55,548 nt of DNA from Pseudomonadota bacterium (GTDB taxonomy: Bacteria; Pseudomonadota; Gammaproteobacteria; Burkholderiales; Burkholderiaceae_C): contig JBEDMU010000149.1 of the NCBI GenBank assembly GCA_041170945.1, positions 1 through 55,548 on the forward strand, in the 5' to 3' direction. Under the pieces are notes generated by a model. The model was given only the letters and a program-made list of their open reading frames with translations. It was not told where the DNA came from and did not search any database. The position numbers and the translations under genes were made by a program. Each line of letters begins with the position of its first letter. Within the stretch, counting starts at the first letter, position 1. This document shows, piece after piece, positions 45,431 to 55,548 of this stretch.

Positions 45431-45456
45431 AAAAGGCACCTTCGGGTGCCTTTTTT
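45431..45456 (+). terminator. Intrinsic terminator after sucD
   Basis: AAAAGGCACC-TTCG-GGTGCCTTTTTT. Confidence 0.9.
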
Positions 45457-45615
45457 GTGGGTTGATGGCGGTATGGGTGTGCAATAAACACGTATTCGCG
45501 CATCTTGCTTGAAACCCAATCGGGTAGAGACTCAAACTGTGATTTGTTGACTCCCTGTGCATCGATGAGCGCACGCAAACTGACGTGGCATGTTCAACAC
45601 ACAAGGAGTCTCATC

Positions 45616-46131
45616 ATGCAATTTTCTCAATGGATGACATCGGTTCTGCGCTTGCGGTCTATCCACAAACAAGGCGGCTTTACCTTGGTCGAGTTGATGG
45701 TGGTCATGGGCATTGTGGCGCTGCTGGCAGCGGCTGCCGTGCCACAGTTTCAAAATTACGCCATGCGTGCCCGTTGGGCCAAAAACGTGGCCTCCATTTC
45801 TGCGTTGCAAACAGCGGTAGGTGCTTGTTTGGCCTCGAACGCGGGCGATGCCACGGCCTGCGACAGCTTGATGGAAGTGGGGGTGACACCTGTGTTGCCA
45901 CACGCGTTGGATCCCAATCCCACCATGACCTTGGCCACGGTTGACAACACGCCAACCGTGTTGATCGGCATGATTGGATCAGACGATGCCGGAGGCTGTG
46001 AGGTGCGAGCCGAACTGCCTGTGCGCAGCGATGGGGTGCAGTCGATGTGGACTTTGAAGCGAGATTCGACATCACCCGGACAGTGCAATGTGTCCTCGAC
46101 AGGCATCAACGAAACGTATGAGCCTGCTTAA
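45616..46131 (+). CDS. Type IV pilin (PilA-like prepilin)
   Basis: Class III signal KQGG|FTLVELMVVMGIVALLAAAAVPQFQNY with Glu5; four Cys; AAGGAG RBS 7 nt before ATG 45616. Confidence 0.92.
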   Translation: MQFSQWMTSVLRLRSIHKQGGFTLVELMVVMGIVALLAAAAVPQFQNYAMRARWAKNVASISALQTAVGACLASNAGDATACDSLMEVGVTPVLPHALDPNPTMTLATVDNTPTVLIGMIGSDDAGGCEVRAELPVRSDGVQSMWTLKRDSTSPGQCNVSSTGINETYEPA

Positions 46132-46177
46132 GATGGAGTGAGGTGAAATTGCCGCGGAAGCAAGAGTGAGCGGGCGC

Positions 46178-46666
46178 TTACTCTTGCGCTTTCCATTCAC
46201 CAGATTTGCCACCAGATTTCTCTAACAGCTTCACGTCTCCCATGACCATGCCGCGGTCGGCGGCCTTGCACATGTCATAAATAGTCAGCAAACCCACTTG
46301 AACAGCGGTGAGGGCTTCCATTTCTACGCCGGTGGGGCCATTGGTTTCGGTGATGGCGGTGCAGCGAACCCAGGGCGGGTTCAGGTTCCATTCAAAGTCA
46401 ACGGCCACCCGAGTGAGCGCCAATGGGTGACAAAGCGGAATGAGCTCGTGCGTTTTTTTGGCGGCCATGATGGCAGCCACCCGCGCCACCCCCAGCACAT
46501 CGCCCTTTTTGGCGGTGCCTTGCACAATGGTGCGCACAGTGCTGCCTTGCATGGTGATCAAACCACTGGCTTTGGCCACCCGATGGGTGTGGGCCTTGCT
46601 GCCTACATCGACCATGTGGGCGTTGCCTTGTTCATCAAAATGGGTCAGTGCAGAAGCTTGAGACAT
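46178..46666 (-). CDS. moaC: Cyclic pyranopterin monophosphate synthase
   Basis: [48 protein letters not shown]. Confidence 0.98.
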   Translation of the reverse strand: MSQASALTHFDEQGNAHMVDVGSKAHTHRVAKASGLITMQGSTVRTIVQGTAKKGDVLGVARVAAIMAAKKTHELIPLCHPLALTRVAVDFEWNLNPPWVRCTAITETNGPTGVEMEALTAVQVGLLTIYDMCKAADRGMVMGDVKLLEKSGGKSGEWKAQE

Positions 46667-46720
46667 GATCTTTACACCATAGACGTGAGCGGATAAATCG
46701 AATCGTGCATGATAGCGGTC

Positions 46721-48262
46721 ATGGCACGCACCCGATTGTCCTCAATTTCATGGCAAAAGTTTTGTCTTGCATCATCAGTGGCAGGATTGATTTTTGTCCA
46801 TTTGGTTGCGCCTGTTTATTCGCAAAGCCAGCGACTTCCCAGCTTGGGCGAGGGGGTCTCGGTGTCGCTGACCCAAGAGAACAAGTGGGGCCAAGACGCT
46901 TTGAGCGCTTTGTGGCGATCGGGCGCCGTCATTGACGATCCATTGTTGACGGACTACCTGCTGTTGCAATGGCTACCACTGCAACGTGCCGCAACAGCGT
47001 TGGGATGGTTGAACAATGGCACGGGTGACCTGTATGAGTGGCGCTTGCTGCCCATTCGCGATTCACAAATTAACGCCTTTGCCTTGCCTGGTGGCGTGGT
47101 GGGGGTGCATACCGGCTTGATATCGGCTACGCCCAATGCGGAATCGGTGTCGGCCGTATTGGCGCACGAACTTAGTCATGTGGCCCTGCGGCATATCGCA
47201 CGCATGATCGATGCACAAAACCGTAATGCGCCATGGGTGTTGGGGGCCATTTTGCTGGGGGTGGCTGCTGCAGGCAGCAGCCCCGATTTGGCCAACGCGG
47301 CGATTGTGGGTGGGCAAGCCGCCGCCATTCAATCGGGCATTAATTTCACGCGCGACATGGAAGTCGAGGCCGACCGCGTGGGCTTGGCGATATACCAAAC
47401 GGCAGGGTTGCCAGCAGGTGGCTTTGTAGACATGTTTGAGGTGCTGCAACAAGCCAGTCGTTTAAATGACGATGGGTCTTTTGGTTATTTGCGCACGCAT
47501 CCGCTGACTCCAGACCGCATCACCCAAGCCCGCTTGCGCGCCAATTCGCTGAGTCAGATAGATGCGCCGCCCGAACATAAGCAGGCTCAGCGCCTGCATC
47601 CTTGGGTGCAAATACGTGCGCAAGTCATCTCCAGTGAGCGTACCGACGATTGGCGAGCATGGTGGCAACAAGCGCAAGGACCCGTGCAACCCTTGTTGCT
47701 GTATCGAGGGGCGTTGGCAGCTATTGAGTTGAAGGAATATGCGTCTGCCGAAGACTTGCTGCTGCGTGCGCATGGCCTGCTGAGCAATGATGTATTGGGG
47801 CAAAACGTGGTTCAGCAGGCACTGATGCAGATGTGGGCCAAACAGCCCCAGGCGTCGTCAACCATGAACGCACCCGAATCACAGCAATGGGTCAAACATG
47901 GATTGCAGGCAACCGATCGTTCTACCTTGCTCGCAGCCAGCGCATTGGGCTTGCGTTTGGGCTGGACTCAAGATATTGCTTCGCGTTTGCAATGGTGGGT
48001 CAGTGAGCATCCCAACGATGTGTTGGCTTGGCGCTTGTTGGGGCAAGCCCGACAAGCTCAGGGCCGACCCATTGCCGCTTTGGGCGCGCTGGCTGAGGCA
48101 CAGTGGGCCATGAACGATTTGGCAGGTGCGCGCGACCGTTTGCAAGCCGCACTCGATGCCAGTCGCAATGAGCGTGCATCGGTCGAAGATGCGCAGGCCA
48201 TTTCGGCGCGTTTGCGCTGGATGAAAGAACAAATTTCCAATTCGACGGCAGGCAACCGATGA
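46721..48262 (+). CDS. M48 family Zn metalloprotease with TPR-like C-terminus (BepA/YfgC-like)
   Basis: Signal peptide, [20 protein letters not shown] (HExxH), [17 protein letters not shown]; start 46721 or 46709. Confidence 0.92.
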   Translation: MARTRLSSISWQKFCLASSVAGLIFVHLVAPVYSQSQRLPSLGEGVSVSLTQENKWGQDALSALWRSGAVIDDPLLTDYLLLQWLPLQRAATALGWLNNGTGDLYEWRLLPIRDSQINAFALPGGVVGVHTGLISATPNAESVSAVLAHELSHVALRHIARMIDAQNRNAPWVLGAILLGVAAAGSSPDLANAAIVGGQAAAIQSGINFTRDMEVEADRVGLAIYQTAGLPAGGFVDMFEVLQQASRLNDDGSFGYLRTHPLTPDRITQARLRANSLSQIDAPPEHKQAQRLHPWVQIRAQVISSERTDDWRAWWQQAQGPVQPLLLYRGALAAIELKEYASAEDLLLRAHGLLSNDVLGQNVVQQALMQMWAKQPQASSTMNAPESQQWVKHGLQATDRSTLLAASALGLRLGWTQDIASRLQWWVSEHPNDVLAWRLLGQARQAQGRPIAALGALAEAQWAMNDLAGARDRLQAALDASRNERASVEDAQAISARLRWMKEQISNSTAGNR

Positions 48263-48684
48263 GCCCATTGAGCGTCCCTTCGTTTGCCATTTCGATCACA
48301 GACCTGGAGTTGGCGATCAATTACTGGCGGGGTGTTGAAGCCATTGAGTTGGCTGAACCCTTACCCGAATCACTGTCTGAGTTGGCACAACTCTATGGGC
48401 AAATGATTTGGGAGGGACTGCAGCATGTCGATGCCGCTTTGTTAAGTCCAACGGCCATGCAGGCTTGGTTGGATTGGTACGAAACCACCCCTGACACCCC
48501 TTGCATTGCGATTTGTTCGACCAGTCAGGGTGATGAGGTTTGCAAAGGCTGCGGACGCAGCTTTGATGAGGTCAAAAATTGGGCCGAGCTGAGTCCAGTT
48601 GCTAAACGCGCGGTATGGAATCGTATTCAACGCCAAGGCACGGCTTGGCGCTTCAACAAATACTCAGAACGTGCCGTGGGCTGA
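48259..48684 (+). CDS. DUF3717-like domain fused to a DUF1289-like Cys-rich domain
   Basis: N-terminal ITDLELAINYWR; C-terminal TPCIAICST.....CKGCGRSFDEV..W (C-x3-C-x8-C-x2-C); ATGA overlap with upstream gene. Confidence 0.75.
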   Translation: MSPLSVPSFAISITDLELAINYWRGVEAIELAEPLPESLSELAQLYGQMIWEGLQHVDAALLSPTAMQAWLDWYETTPDTPCIAICSTSQGDEVCKGCGRSFDEVKNWAELSPVAKRAVWNRIQRQGTAWRFNKYSERAVG

Positions 48685-50088
48685 TTGAGCTGCACGCAAG
48701 GCCAGTTCAGTGGCTTTGCCAATGTAAGACGCGGGAGTCATGGCCAGCAACTCGGCTTTTTCAGCTTCAGGAATTGGCAAACCCCGAATGAGTTCATGCA
48801 GGGCTTCGCGTGTGACCGCCTTGCCTCGCGTCACTGCCTTGAGCTGTTCATAAGCGCCCGTGATTCGATGCTTGCGCATCACGGTTTGAATGGGTTCAGC
48901 CAGCACTTCCCAAGCTTCGTCAAGATCGGTAGCCAGCGCTGCTTCGTTGATTTGCAATTTGCCCATGCCCGTGAGCAGTGACTGATAAGCCAGTGCAGCG
49001 TAGCCCAAGGCCACGCCCATGTTGCGCAACACGGTGCTGTCGGTGAGGTCTCGCTGCCAGCGCGAGATGGGCAGCTTTTCACTCAAATGACGCAACAAGG
49101 CATTGGCCAACCCCAAATTGCCTTCGGCATTTTCAAAGTCAATGGGGTTGACCTTGTGAGGCATGGTGGATGAACCAATTTCACCTTCTTTGAGGCGCTG
49201 TTTGAAGTAGCCCAAGCTGATGTAGCCCCACACATCACGTGACCAATCGATCAAGATGGTGTTGAGTCGAGCCACTGCATCAAACAGCTCCGCCATGTAG
49301 TCATGGTGTTCAATTTGAATGCTGTAGGCTTGAAATGTCAGCCCCAAGCCTTGCGGAGCCGGGGTCTCGATGACTTGTTTGGCAAAGGCTTCCCAATCGA
49401 CATCGGGCCAGGCGCTGATGTGGGCATTGAAGTTGCCAACCGCTCCGTTCATTTTGGCCATGAGAGCCACCGACGCAATGCGCTGACGGGCACGTTGCAT
49501 GCGCACCAACACGTTGGCCACTTCTTTGCCCACGGTGGTGGGACTGGCGGTTTGTCCATGTGTACGGCTGAGCATAGGAATGGCCGCGTATTGTTCGGCC
49601 ATTTGTTGCATATGGCCAATCAAACGATCGATCAATGGCAGCAACACTTCTTCGCGGGCTGCTTGCAATTGCAGGGCATGGCTGGTGTTGTTGATGTCTT
49701 CGCTGGTGCAAGCAAAGTGCACCCATTCGCTGGCTGCCTGCAGTTCTTGTTGAGCTTGTGAGCTAAGTTGGGGTCGATCAAACGATTGCTTGATCCAGTA
49801 TTCAACCGCTTTGACGTCGTGGTTGGTGGTTTTTTCGATGGCCTTGATGGCGTGGGTATCGTCGATGTCAAAACGCTCAACCAACTGCAACAAATGTTGA
49901 CGGGCCTCGGGGCCCAAAGTGGGAGACTGGGCCCAGCCTTGTGAACACAGGGCAATCAACCATGTCACCTCTACTTGGACGCGACGTTTCATGTAGCCGT
50001 GTTCGCTCATGATGGGGCGCAAGAGAGCCAATTTCGATTCGTAGCGTCCGTCAAGGGGCGATAAGCAAAGGGGGCTGGGGACAGACAT
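48664..50088 (-). CDS. purB: Adenylosuccinate lyase
   Basis: LSPLDGRY, TNHDVKAVEY, HFACTSEDIN, RTHGQ, GSSTMPHKVNPIDFEN; likely ATG at 50088. Confidence 0.99.
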   Translation of the reverse strand: MSVPSPLCLSPLDGRYESKLALLRPIMSEHGYMKRRVQVEVTWLIALCSQGWAQSPTLGPEARQHLLQLVERFDIDDTHAIKAIEKTTNHDVKAVEYWIKQSFDRPQLSSQAQQELQAASEWVHFACTSEDINNTSHALQLQAAREEVLLPLIDRLIGHMQQMAEQYAAIPMLSRTHGQTASPTTVGKEVANVLVRMQRARQRIASVALMAKMNGAVGNFNAHISAWPDVDWEAFAKQVIETPAPQGLGLTFQAYSIQIEHHDYMAELFDAVARLNTILIDWSRDVWGYISLGYFKQRLKEGEIGSSTMPHKVNPIDFENAEGNLGLANALLRHLSEKLPISRWQRDLTDSTVLRNMGVALGYAALAYQSLLTGMGKLQINEAALATDLDEAWEVLAEPIQTVMRKHRITGAYEQLKAVTRGKAVTREALHELIRGLPIPEAEKAELLAMTPASYIGKATELALRAAQSAHGTF

Positions 50089-50208
50089 GGATGCGGCCGT
50101 GAAAATAATGGAATTCGACATTTTAAATCCCAACGGTTTTGGGGGGCTCTGCTTGTTGACTCAGGGGCTTGGCTACAATGATTTCTCCCCATCACAAAAT
50201 CATTCACC

Positions 50209-50826
50209 ATGAAACTCATTGGCAGCTTCACCAGCCCCTTTGTACGAAAAGTGCGAATTGTCTTGGCCGAGAAAAAACTCGACTTTGAATGGCAGCTCGA
50301 TGACGTGTGGTCTGCCGACCCCCAGGTTCGCGCAGCCAACCCACTGGGACAAGTCCCCTGCCTCATCATGGAAGGCGGCGAAGCGGTGTTTGATTCGAGG
50401 GTGATTGTGGAATACCTAGATGGCTTGTCGCCTGTGGGCAAGCTGATTCCACCCAACGGTCGTGCACGCATTGAGGTGAAAACTTGGGAGGCATTGGCCG
50501 ATGGTGTCATGGAAGCAGCCGCTCAGGCTCGTCTAGAGGCAGCCTGGCCCGGGCGTCAAGACCATGAACGCAGTCAAGCCTGGATTGATCGACAGCTGGG
50601 CAAGGTGCACCGTTCACTAGAGGCCATGTCACGTGGTTTGGGCAGCAAGCCGTGGTGTTGTGAAACGCACCTCACGCTGGCTGACATTGCGGTGGGGACA
50701 GCGTTGGGATATTTGGACTTTAGATTTGCCCACATCGATTGGCGCACGCAATATCCCAATTTGGCCGACTTGATGGCTCGCTTGATGGCGCGCCCCTCAT
50801 TTGCCAATACTCAGCCTCCTGTTTGA
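50209..50826 (+). CDS. Glutathione S-transferase family protein
   Basis: SPFVRKVRIVLAEK, NPLGQVPCL, FDSRVIVEYLD, TLADIA. Confidence 0.93.
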   Translation: MKLIGSFTSPFVRKVRIVLAEKKLDFEWQLDDVWSADPQVRAANPLGQVPCLIMEGGEAVFDSRVIVEYLDGLSPVGKLIPPNGRARIEVKTWEALADGVMEAAAQARLEAAWPGRQDHERSQAWIDRQLGKVHRSLEAMSRGLGSKPWCCETHLTLADIAVGTALGYLDFRFAHIDWRTQYPNLADLMARLMARPSFANTQPPV

Positions 50827-53553
50827 TCAGGCTTGCATCACGGCTTTCCACAAACGCAAACCTGCATCCCGCCAAGGTTCAATCAAGGCCAGGTCGGTTT
50901 GACCATGGGCCTCGTCTAGGCGTGCTCGGTGTTGTAGGTGTCGCAAGGCGCGATAAGCGTTAGCCGCGTCGCTGCCCAGTGGGGTCGGCAACAGACCTAA
51001 GGTTTCGGCGCGTTGCAGCAGCGCAATGTTGCCCACATTGGCCAGCAGTTCGGGGTGTCGTCCTGCGTGTAGCAAAAGCAAGTACTGCACCACAAACTCA
51101 ATATCCACCATGCCGCCCGCCGAGTGCTTCACGTCGAACCACTCACCTCGCACCGGGTGCGCTTGCCTGACTTTTTCACGCATGCTCAATATTTCGGTTT
51201 GCAGGCTGTGCGGGTCACGCTGTGCCGACATCACTTGGTGGCGAACGGATTCAAATTGTTCAAACAAATCGGCGGGGCCAACCACGCATCGGGCGCGGGT
51301 AATGGCTTGGTGTTCCCATGTCCATGCGGTGTTGCTGCCGCGCTGGGTTTGGTAGTCGATAAACGAACGCATATGGGTCACCAACAAGCCTGAACCCCCA
51401 TTGGGGCGCAGGGCGGTGTCGATTTCGTAGACATCACCTTCAGACGTTTTGATGGTCAACCAGGTGATGAGTTTGCGCACCAAGGCGGTGTAAGCTTCTT
51501 GCGCCAGTTCGTGGTCGTCGTCATAAATAAAGACAATGTCTAGATCGCTGCCGTAACCCAGTTCTTTGCCACCGAGTTTGCCGTAACCGATGATGGCAAT
51601 GCGCGGTTCGTGGGGCAGTTTTTGCTTCAATCGCTCCCAGCACCACCGAATGCTCACTGCCAATATGGCGTCGGCCAATGCGCTGAGCTCGTCTGCCACC
51701 TGTTCGACGCTGATCACGCCCTCAATGTCTCGCGCCAGCGTGCGAAATACCTCGGTGTGATGGGCGCGACGAATCAAGTTCATCAGGCTTTCTTCGTCAT
51801 CTTCCCCAGTTGACTTCAAGGCACGTTTGCGTGCCTCGAGCTCACGCACAAACACATCAGCTTGAAAACGTTCTTCAAACAACTGAACACTGGCCAGTTC
51901 ATCAATCACGCCGGGGTGACGCATCAGATAACGAGCAGGCCACTTGGCTGCTCCCATGAGTTTGAGTAGACGGGTATGAACCGAGGGGCGCTCCTGCAGC
52001 AAGGCCAAGTAACTCTCGCGACGCAACAGGGGTTCCATCCAGTCGATCATGCGCAAAACGGCTACTTCGTCGACTCGCTCTTCTTCAAGCCAAGAAGCCA
52101 TGCGTTGCATCAAGCGGATCAGACGTTGACGGGCCTCGTCGCGCAAACTCGCAACACGAGGAGATTCCATCAGTTGCATGGCCCGCTCTCGAACTTCTCC
52201 CGGTGGCAGATCTTGAATCACGTGCTCCAGTGTTTCAGTTTCGCCGTGAGTGGGCTGGCAGCCTTTGCAAGGCGCTTCAGCCCCCAGCAAGGTGTCAAAT
52301 TCGTTGGCCACTTTTTCACGGTGAACACACATGGCGTGCATGAAGTCGCTGACATTGGCAAACCCCATGCTGTTGGCCATCCATTCAAGATCGGCATCTT
52401 GGGTGGGAAGGGTGTGGGTTTGTTGATCATCGAGGTACTGGATGCGGTGCTCAACCTGGCGCAAAAAAACATAGGCCTGTGTCAATGCTTCGGCGGTGTC
52501 TTGGGCCATTAGGCCTGCTTGGCTGAGCCTTTGTAGGGCTTCCAGAGTTGATTTGGTGCGCAACTCTGGAAATTGTCCACCTCGAACCACTTGCAGCAGT
52601 TGCACCGTGAACTCAATTTCACGAATGCCACCGCGCGAAAGCTTGACATCGTTGGCACGCTCGGGTCTGCCGGCACAGCGAGACGCGGCGTGATCTCGAA
52701 TTTGAACGTGCAAGCGACGCAACGACTCAAACACGTTGTAATCGAGATAGCGGCGAAATACAAAGGGCAACACCACAGGGCGCAACCACTGGGCAGCGGC
52801 GGGCAGTGACCACGTGGGCGCAACTACCCGGCTTTTGAGCCATGCAAAGCGCTCCCACTCTCGTCCTTGCACCAGAAAATATTCCTCTAGCGCGCCCAGG
52901 GAGATGGCCACAGGCCCTGAGTTGCCGTTGGGGCGCAGTGCCAAATCCACTCGAAAGACAAAGCCGTGTTCGGTGACATCGCCGATGAGTTGGTAAATGC
53001 GCTTGACCACTCGCGCAAAAAATTCGGCATGACTGAGTGCCATGCGGCCTTGGGCATTGCCAGCAGTTTCGCCGTCTTCTTCATAAACATAAATCAAGTC
53101 GATATCGCTAGAGACGTTGAGCTCTCGGGCGCCGAGTTTGCCCATGCCCAAAATCCAAAACGCCACACGCTGACCATCGGCTTTGAGGGGGGTTCCGTGC
53201 AAGGCCTCGAGTTCGCTGAGGGCCAATTGGCAGGCGGCATCAAGCGTGACCCCTGCCAATTCAGAAACCGCCCCTGTGATATCGAGCAATGGAGCCCCTT
53301 GTTCGCAATCGAGTTGGGCCAGCCGCTCGAGGGTCAGATGTCGAAGAATACGCAAAGACGCGCCGAGTTCGTGTTGCTGTTGCAATGCTTGAAGGGTGCT
53401 GAGCAAAGCGGTACGAGTTGGCAAGCCAGGGGGCAACAAAGGCAACAATTCACCATACCGGCGCCGCACGCGCTGGATGTAGCGGGAGTGGTCACATAAA
53501 ACGATGTTGCTATTCCTGATGGATGGTGGCAACACGGGCGCGCTCGAGGTCAT
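50827..53553 (-). CDS. glnE: Bifunctional glutamine synthetase adenylyltransferase/adenylyl-removing enzyme
   Basis: Two NT domains: GMGKLGARELNVSSDIDL and GYGKLGGKELGYGSDLD; likely ATG at 53553 (ORF track start 53571). Confidence 0.98.
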   Translation of the reverse strand: MTSSAPVLPPSIRNSNIVLCDHSRYIQRVRRRYGELLPLLPPGLPTRTALLSTLQALQQQHELGASLRILRHLTLERLAQLDCEQGAPLLDITGAVSELAGVTLDAACQLALSELEALHGTPLKADGQRVAFWILGMGKLGARELNVSSDIDLIYVYEEDGETAGNAQGRMALSHAEFFARVVKRIYQLIGDVTEHGFVFRVDLALRPNGNSGPVAISLGALEEYFLVQGREWERFAWLKSRVVAPTWSLPAAAQWLRPVVLPFVFRRYLDYNVFESLRRLHVQIRDHAASRCAGRPERANDVKLSRGGIREIEFTVQLLQVVRGGQFPELRTKSTLEALQRLSQAGLMAQDTAEALTQAYVFLRQVEHRIQYLDDQQTHTLPTQDADLEWMANSMGFANVSDFMHAMCVHREKVANEFDTLLGAEAPCKGCQPTHGETETLEHVIQDLPPGEVRERAMQLMESPRVASLRDEARQRLIRLMQRMASWLEEERVDEVAVLRMIDWMEPLLRRESYLALLQERPSVHTRLLKLMGAAKWPARYLMRHPGVIDELASVQLFEERFQADVFVRELEARKRALKSTGEDDEESLMNLIRRAHHTEVFRTLARDIEGVISVEQVADELSALADAILAVSIRWCWERLKQKLPHEPRIAIIGYGKLGGKELGYGSDLDIVFIYDDDHELAQEAYTALVRKLITWLTIKTSEGDVYEIDTALRPNGGSGLLVTHMRSFIDYQTQRGSNTAWTWEHQAITRARCVVGPADLFEQFESVRHQVMSAQRDPHSLQTEILSMREKVRQAHPVRGEWFDVKHSAGGMVDIEFVVQYLLLLHAGRHPELLANVGNIALLQRAETLGLLPTPLGSDAANAYRALRHLQHRARLDEAHGQTDLALIEPWRDAGLRLWKAVMQA

Positions 53554-53563
53554 AATCTTTCCC

Positions 53564-55548
53564 ATGGACATTTGGTCAAAAACTGCTCAACCCGCTCGCC
53601 GTTGGCTGCGTCGCCTGATGTGGACGACGACAGCTCTGCTGCTGCTATGGTGGGCGGCATTTGCGACCCTTCAGTGGGTGATTTTGCCCCGAATCTCGTG
53701 GTGGCAACCCCAAATAGAGCAATGGGCCTACAACAATTTGGGTGTTCGTTTGCGCATGGGGTCAGTTTCGTTGGGCAATAGCCTATGGGTGGCGCAAATT
53801 GAAATCGACCGATTGGAGCTACTCAAAGACAGTGGCGACGTGTTGTTGACCCTACCCAAGGTCGAAGCGGACATCAGCTTAGGCTCTATTTTGAGTCTGA
53901 ATTTCGACCGCATCTTGTTGCAAGGCGTCGATGTATCGGTGACTCGCGATGCGCAAGGGGTCATCCGTGTGGCGGGCATGGAGTTGCCTGATCGCAGCGA
54001 CGAGCCCTCGGCAGCCTTGGATTGGCTGTTTGCACAGTCTGAAGTACAGGTGCGTCAAGGGCGGGTCACTTGGCAAGATGCATGGCACCCACAGCCAGCT
54101 CCTTTGGTCTTTGACCAATTGAATATGGAGCTCAGCAACTTGGCCAAGCACCATCGACTTCTGTCTTCATGGGTGCCTTCGGTTTCACCCGGACAGCCTT
54201 GGACTTTTCAGCTCAGTGTGCAGACCCCGTTGTTGAGCGCGCACCCAGGAGACTGGAAGCAGTGGAGCGGCGAGGCGGTGCTGAACATGCCGCAAGTCGA
54301 TGTTTCATCGTGGATGGAATGGGTTGATTCCAGCAAACTACCCTCATTGCGGCCGTTGTCAGGTCAGGGACGGTGGCTGGCGCGGATTGATTTAGAAGAG
54401 GGACGCATGGTGGGAAGCCGCCACGAATGGGCCATGAAAGACATGGCTTGGCAAGTCGAGCCTTCGCAACCGCTGGTGCAGGCGTTGGAATCGCGTGGAA
54501 TTTTGCAGGTCCGAGACACCTCCAAAGAAACCTTGCTTGAAGTTGATCAACTTCATTGGGTGCCTCCCATGCAGTCGGCGATTTCAGTGGAACGTTTGCT
54601 TTGGCGCAAGCAAAAAGCAAGTTCGCCTGAGCAAGTTCGTCAGCGCCTTGAAATCAAGGCACTGGATGTGGCGCCATGGCGCCAATGGCTGGCTGGAGTT
54701 CTGCCATCGCAAGCGTGGTTAAGCCGTGCCCAAGAGTGGCAATTGCAGGGTCAAGTGGAGTCTTTGGCGCTGGAATGGAAGGGAGACACCGAACACTGGC
54801 CCACCGAATGGACAACGGATGGACGTTTGGTCAATATGGCTTGGGCAGCAGGTGCCTTGCCTAATGGTGCGGCAGACGACGTGGTGGCGCGTCCCGGTGT
54901 CACAGGCTTGAACCTGTCGTTTCAAGGCGATCAAGATTCAGGGGCTGTTCAATTGCAAGCAGGGCGTGGGGTTTGGGTGTTGCCCGGCGTGTGGAACGAT
55001 CCCAAGTTTCCTTTGAACGAACTCAAGGCTGATGTGGCATGGAAGCGTGAGGCAGGGCGTTTGAGCCTGAGTACGCGTTCGGCACGTTTTGGCAACAGTG
55101 ACTTCGATTGGACATTGGATGGCAATTGGAAAGCACAAGACCAAGGCGCTGGTGAGTTGGATCTTGAGATGCGAAGTGCTCGTGTGCCCTTGGCCAAGTT
55201 AGGTCGGTACATGCCGCGTGTGGTGGGACCAGACACCATTCAATACCTATCGGCGGCGATTTTGGACGGACAGGGGCTCAACACCCGCATTCGAATTCGG
55301 GGCAATGTGGACGACATTCCATTTGACCAAGATCCAAAAGCTGGCGAATTCAGCATTCGCAGCGAACTGCGCGATGTTCGGTGGCAGACCGTCCCTGGCT
55401 ATTTAGATGCGGGGCGTTGGCCAGGCTTGCAACAGCTGTCTGGCGATTTTGAAATGAATCGACAAGCCATTCGATTGAAGAAGGTCAGGGCTCAAGCAGG
55501 AGAAAGATTGTCTTTGCAGCTCACTGATACTGAGGCGGAAATTGCCAA
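53564..55548 (+). CDS. yhdP: YhdP/AsmA-like intermembrane phospholipid transport protein, 3'-truncated by window edge
   Basis: Not in the ORF track because no stop falls in the window. Manual translation of the start, and of a same-frame stretch near 55181, gives MDIWSKTAQPARRWLRRLMW-TM-WVILPRI...RDAQGVIRVAG...LDWLFAQ...RYMP; divergent from glnE. Confidence 0.88.
   Translation, partial: MDIWSKTAQPARRWLRRLMWTTTALLLLWWAAFATLQWVILPRISWWQPQIEQWAYNNLGVRLRMGSVSLGNSLWVAQIEIDRLELLKDSGDVLLTLPKVEADISLGSILSLNFDRILLQGVDVSVTRDAQGVIRVAGMELPDRSDEPSAALDWLFAQSEVQVRQGRVTWQDAWHPQPAPLVFDQLNMELSNLAKHHRLLSSWVPSVSPGQPWTFQLSVQTPLLSAHPGDWKQWSGEAVLNMPQVDVSSWMEWVDSSKLPSLRPLSGQGRWLARIDLEEGRMVGSRHEWAMKDMAWQVEPSQPLVQALESRGILQVRDTSKETLLEVDQLHWVPPMQSAISVERLLWRKQKASSPEQVRQRLEIKALDVAPWRQWLAGVLPSQAWLSRAQEWQLQGQVESLALEWKGDTEHWPTEWTTDGRLVNMAWAAGALPNGAADDVVARPGVTGLNLSFQGDQDSGAVQLQAGRGVWVLPGVWNDPKFPLNELKADVAWKREAGRLSLSTRSARFGNSDFDWTLDGNWKAQDQGAGELDLEMRSARVPLAKLGRYMPRVVGPDTIQYLSAAILDGQGLNTRIRIRGNVDDIPFDQDPKAGEFSIRSELRDVRWQTVPGYLDAGRWPGLQQLSGDFEMNRQAIRLKKVRAQAGERLSLQLTDTEAEIA

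Noticed and set aside
33662-45456. Similar TTCG-loop hairpins after gap and sucD as a REP-like repeat family
   Set aside because: Only two copies, both explained as ordinary intrinsic terminators with cUUCGg loops.
43909-45519. 536-aa antisense ORF across sucC-sucD
   Set aside because: Shadow of biased codon usage in highly expressed genes; the 21-nt sucC-sucD spacer keeps the frame; no recognisable motifs.
45460-45600. Sigma54 promoter for the pilin (TGGCATG at about 45586; TGGCGG at about 45466)
   Set aside because: No TTGC/GC element at the required -12 spacing.
53572-55548. Apparent gene-poor region of short ORFs at the window end
   Set aside because: Explained by the yhdP reading frame from 53564, which runs off the window.

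Overview
A densely packed housekeeping segment of a betaproteobacterial chromosome. Gene order and protein sequences point to Burkholderiales, Comamonadaceae-like. GC looks mid-50s% by eye (not computed), and very short or overlapping intergenic spaces suggest a streamlined genome. It carries gyrB-dnaN-dnaA / rpmH-rnpA-yidD-yidC-mnmE; envelope genes (lpxL-like, kdsD-kdsC-lptC, lptD-surA, amgK, murU, bepA-like, 3'-truncated yhdP missing from the ORF track); metXW, rsmE, rsmA, maeB, pepP, tkt-gap, birA, a SET-domain gene, topB, an OmpR-type two-component pair, MarR-recA-recX, argC, sucCD, a lone type IV pilin, moaC, purB, a GST and glnE. No rRNA, tRNA, CRISPR array, integrase or transposase was recognised. 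The most striking unexplained signal is the SET/topB locus. The 95-bp divergent intergenic region contains a perfect 45-bp alternating purine-pyrimidine tract (Z-DNA-prone, with competing inverted repeats). The topoisomerase III ends in four ARK[T/T/A/S] repeats resembling the histone H3 K9/K27 tail motifs, and its gene lies head-to-head with an intact SET lysine methyltransferase. As a hypothesis, this is a supercoiling-sensing, lysine-methylation-tuned topoisomerase module. Secondary points: an orphan barstar with a degenerate binding loop and a long tail, several apparently leaderless genes, and a LexA box at recA.
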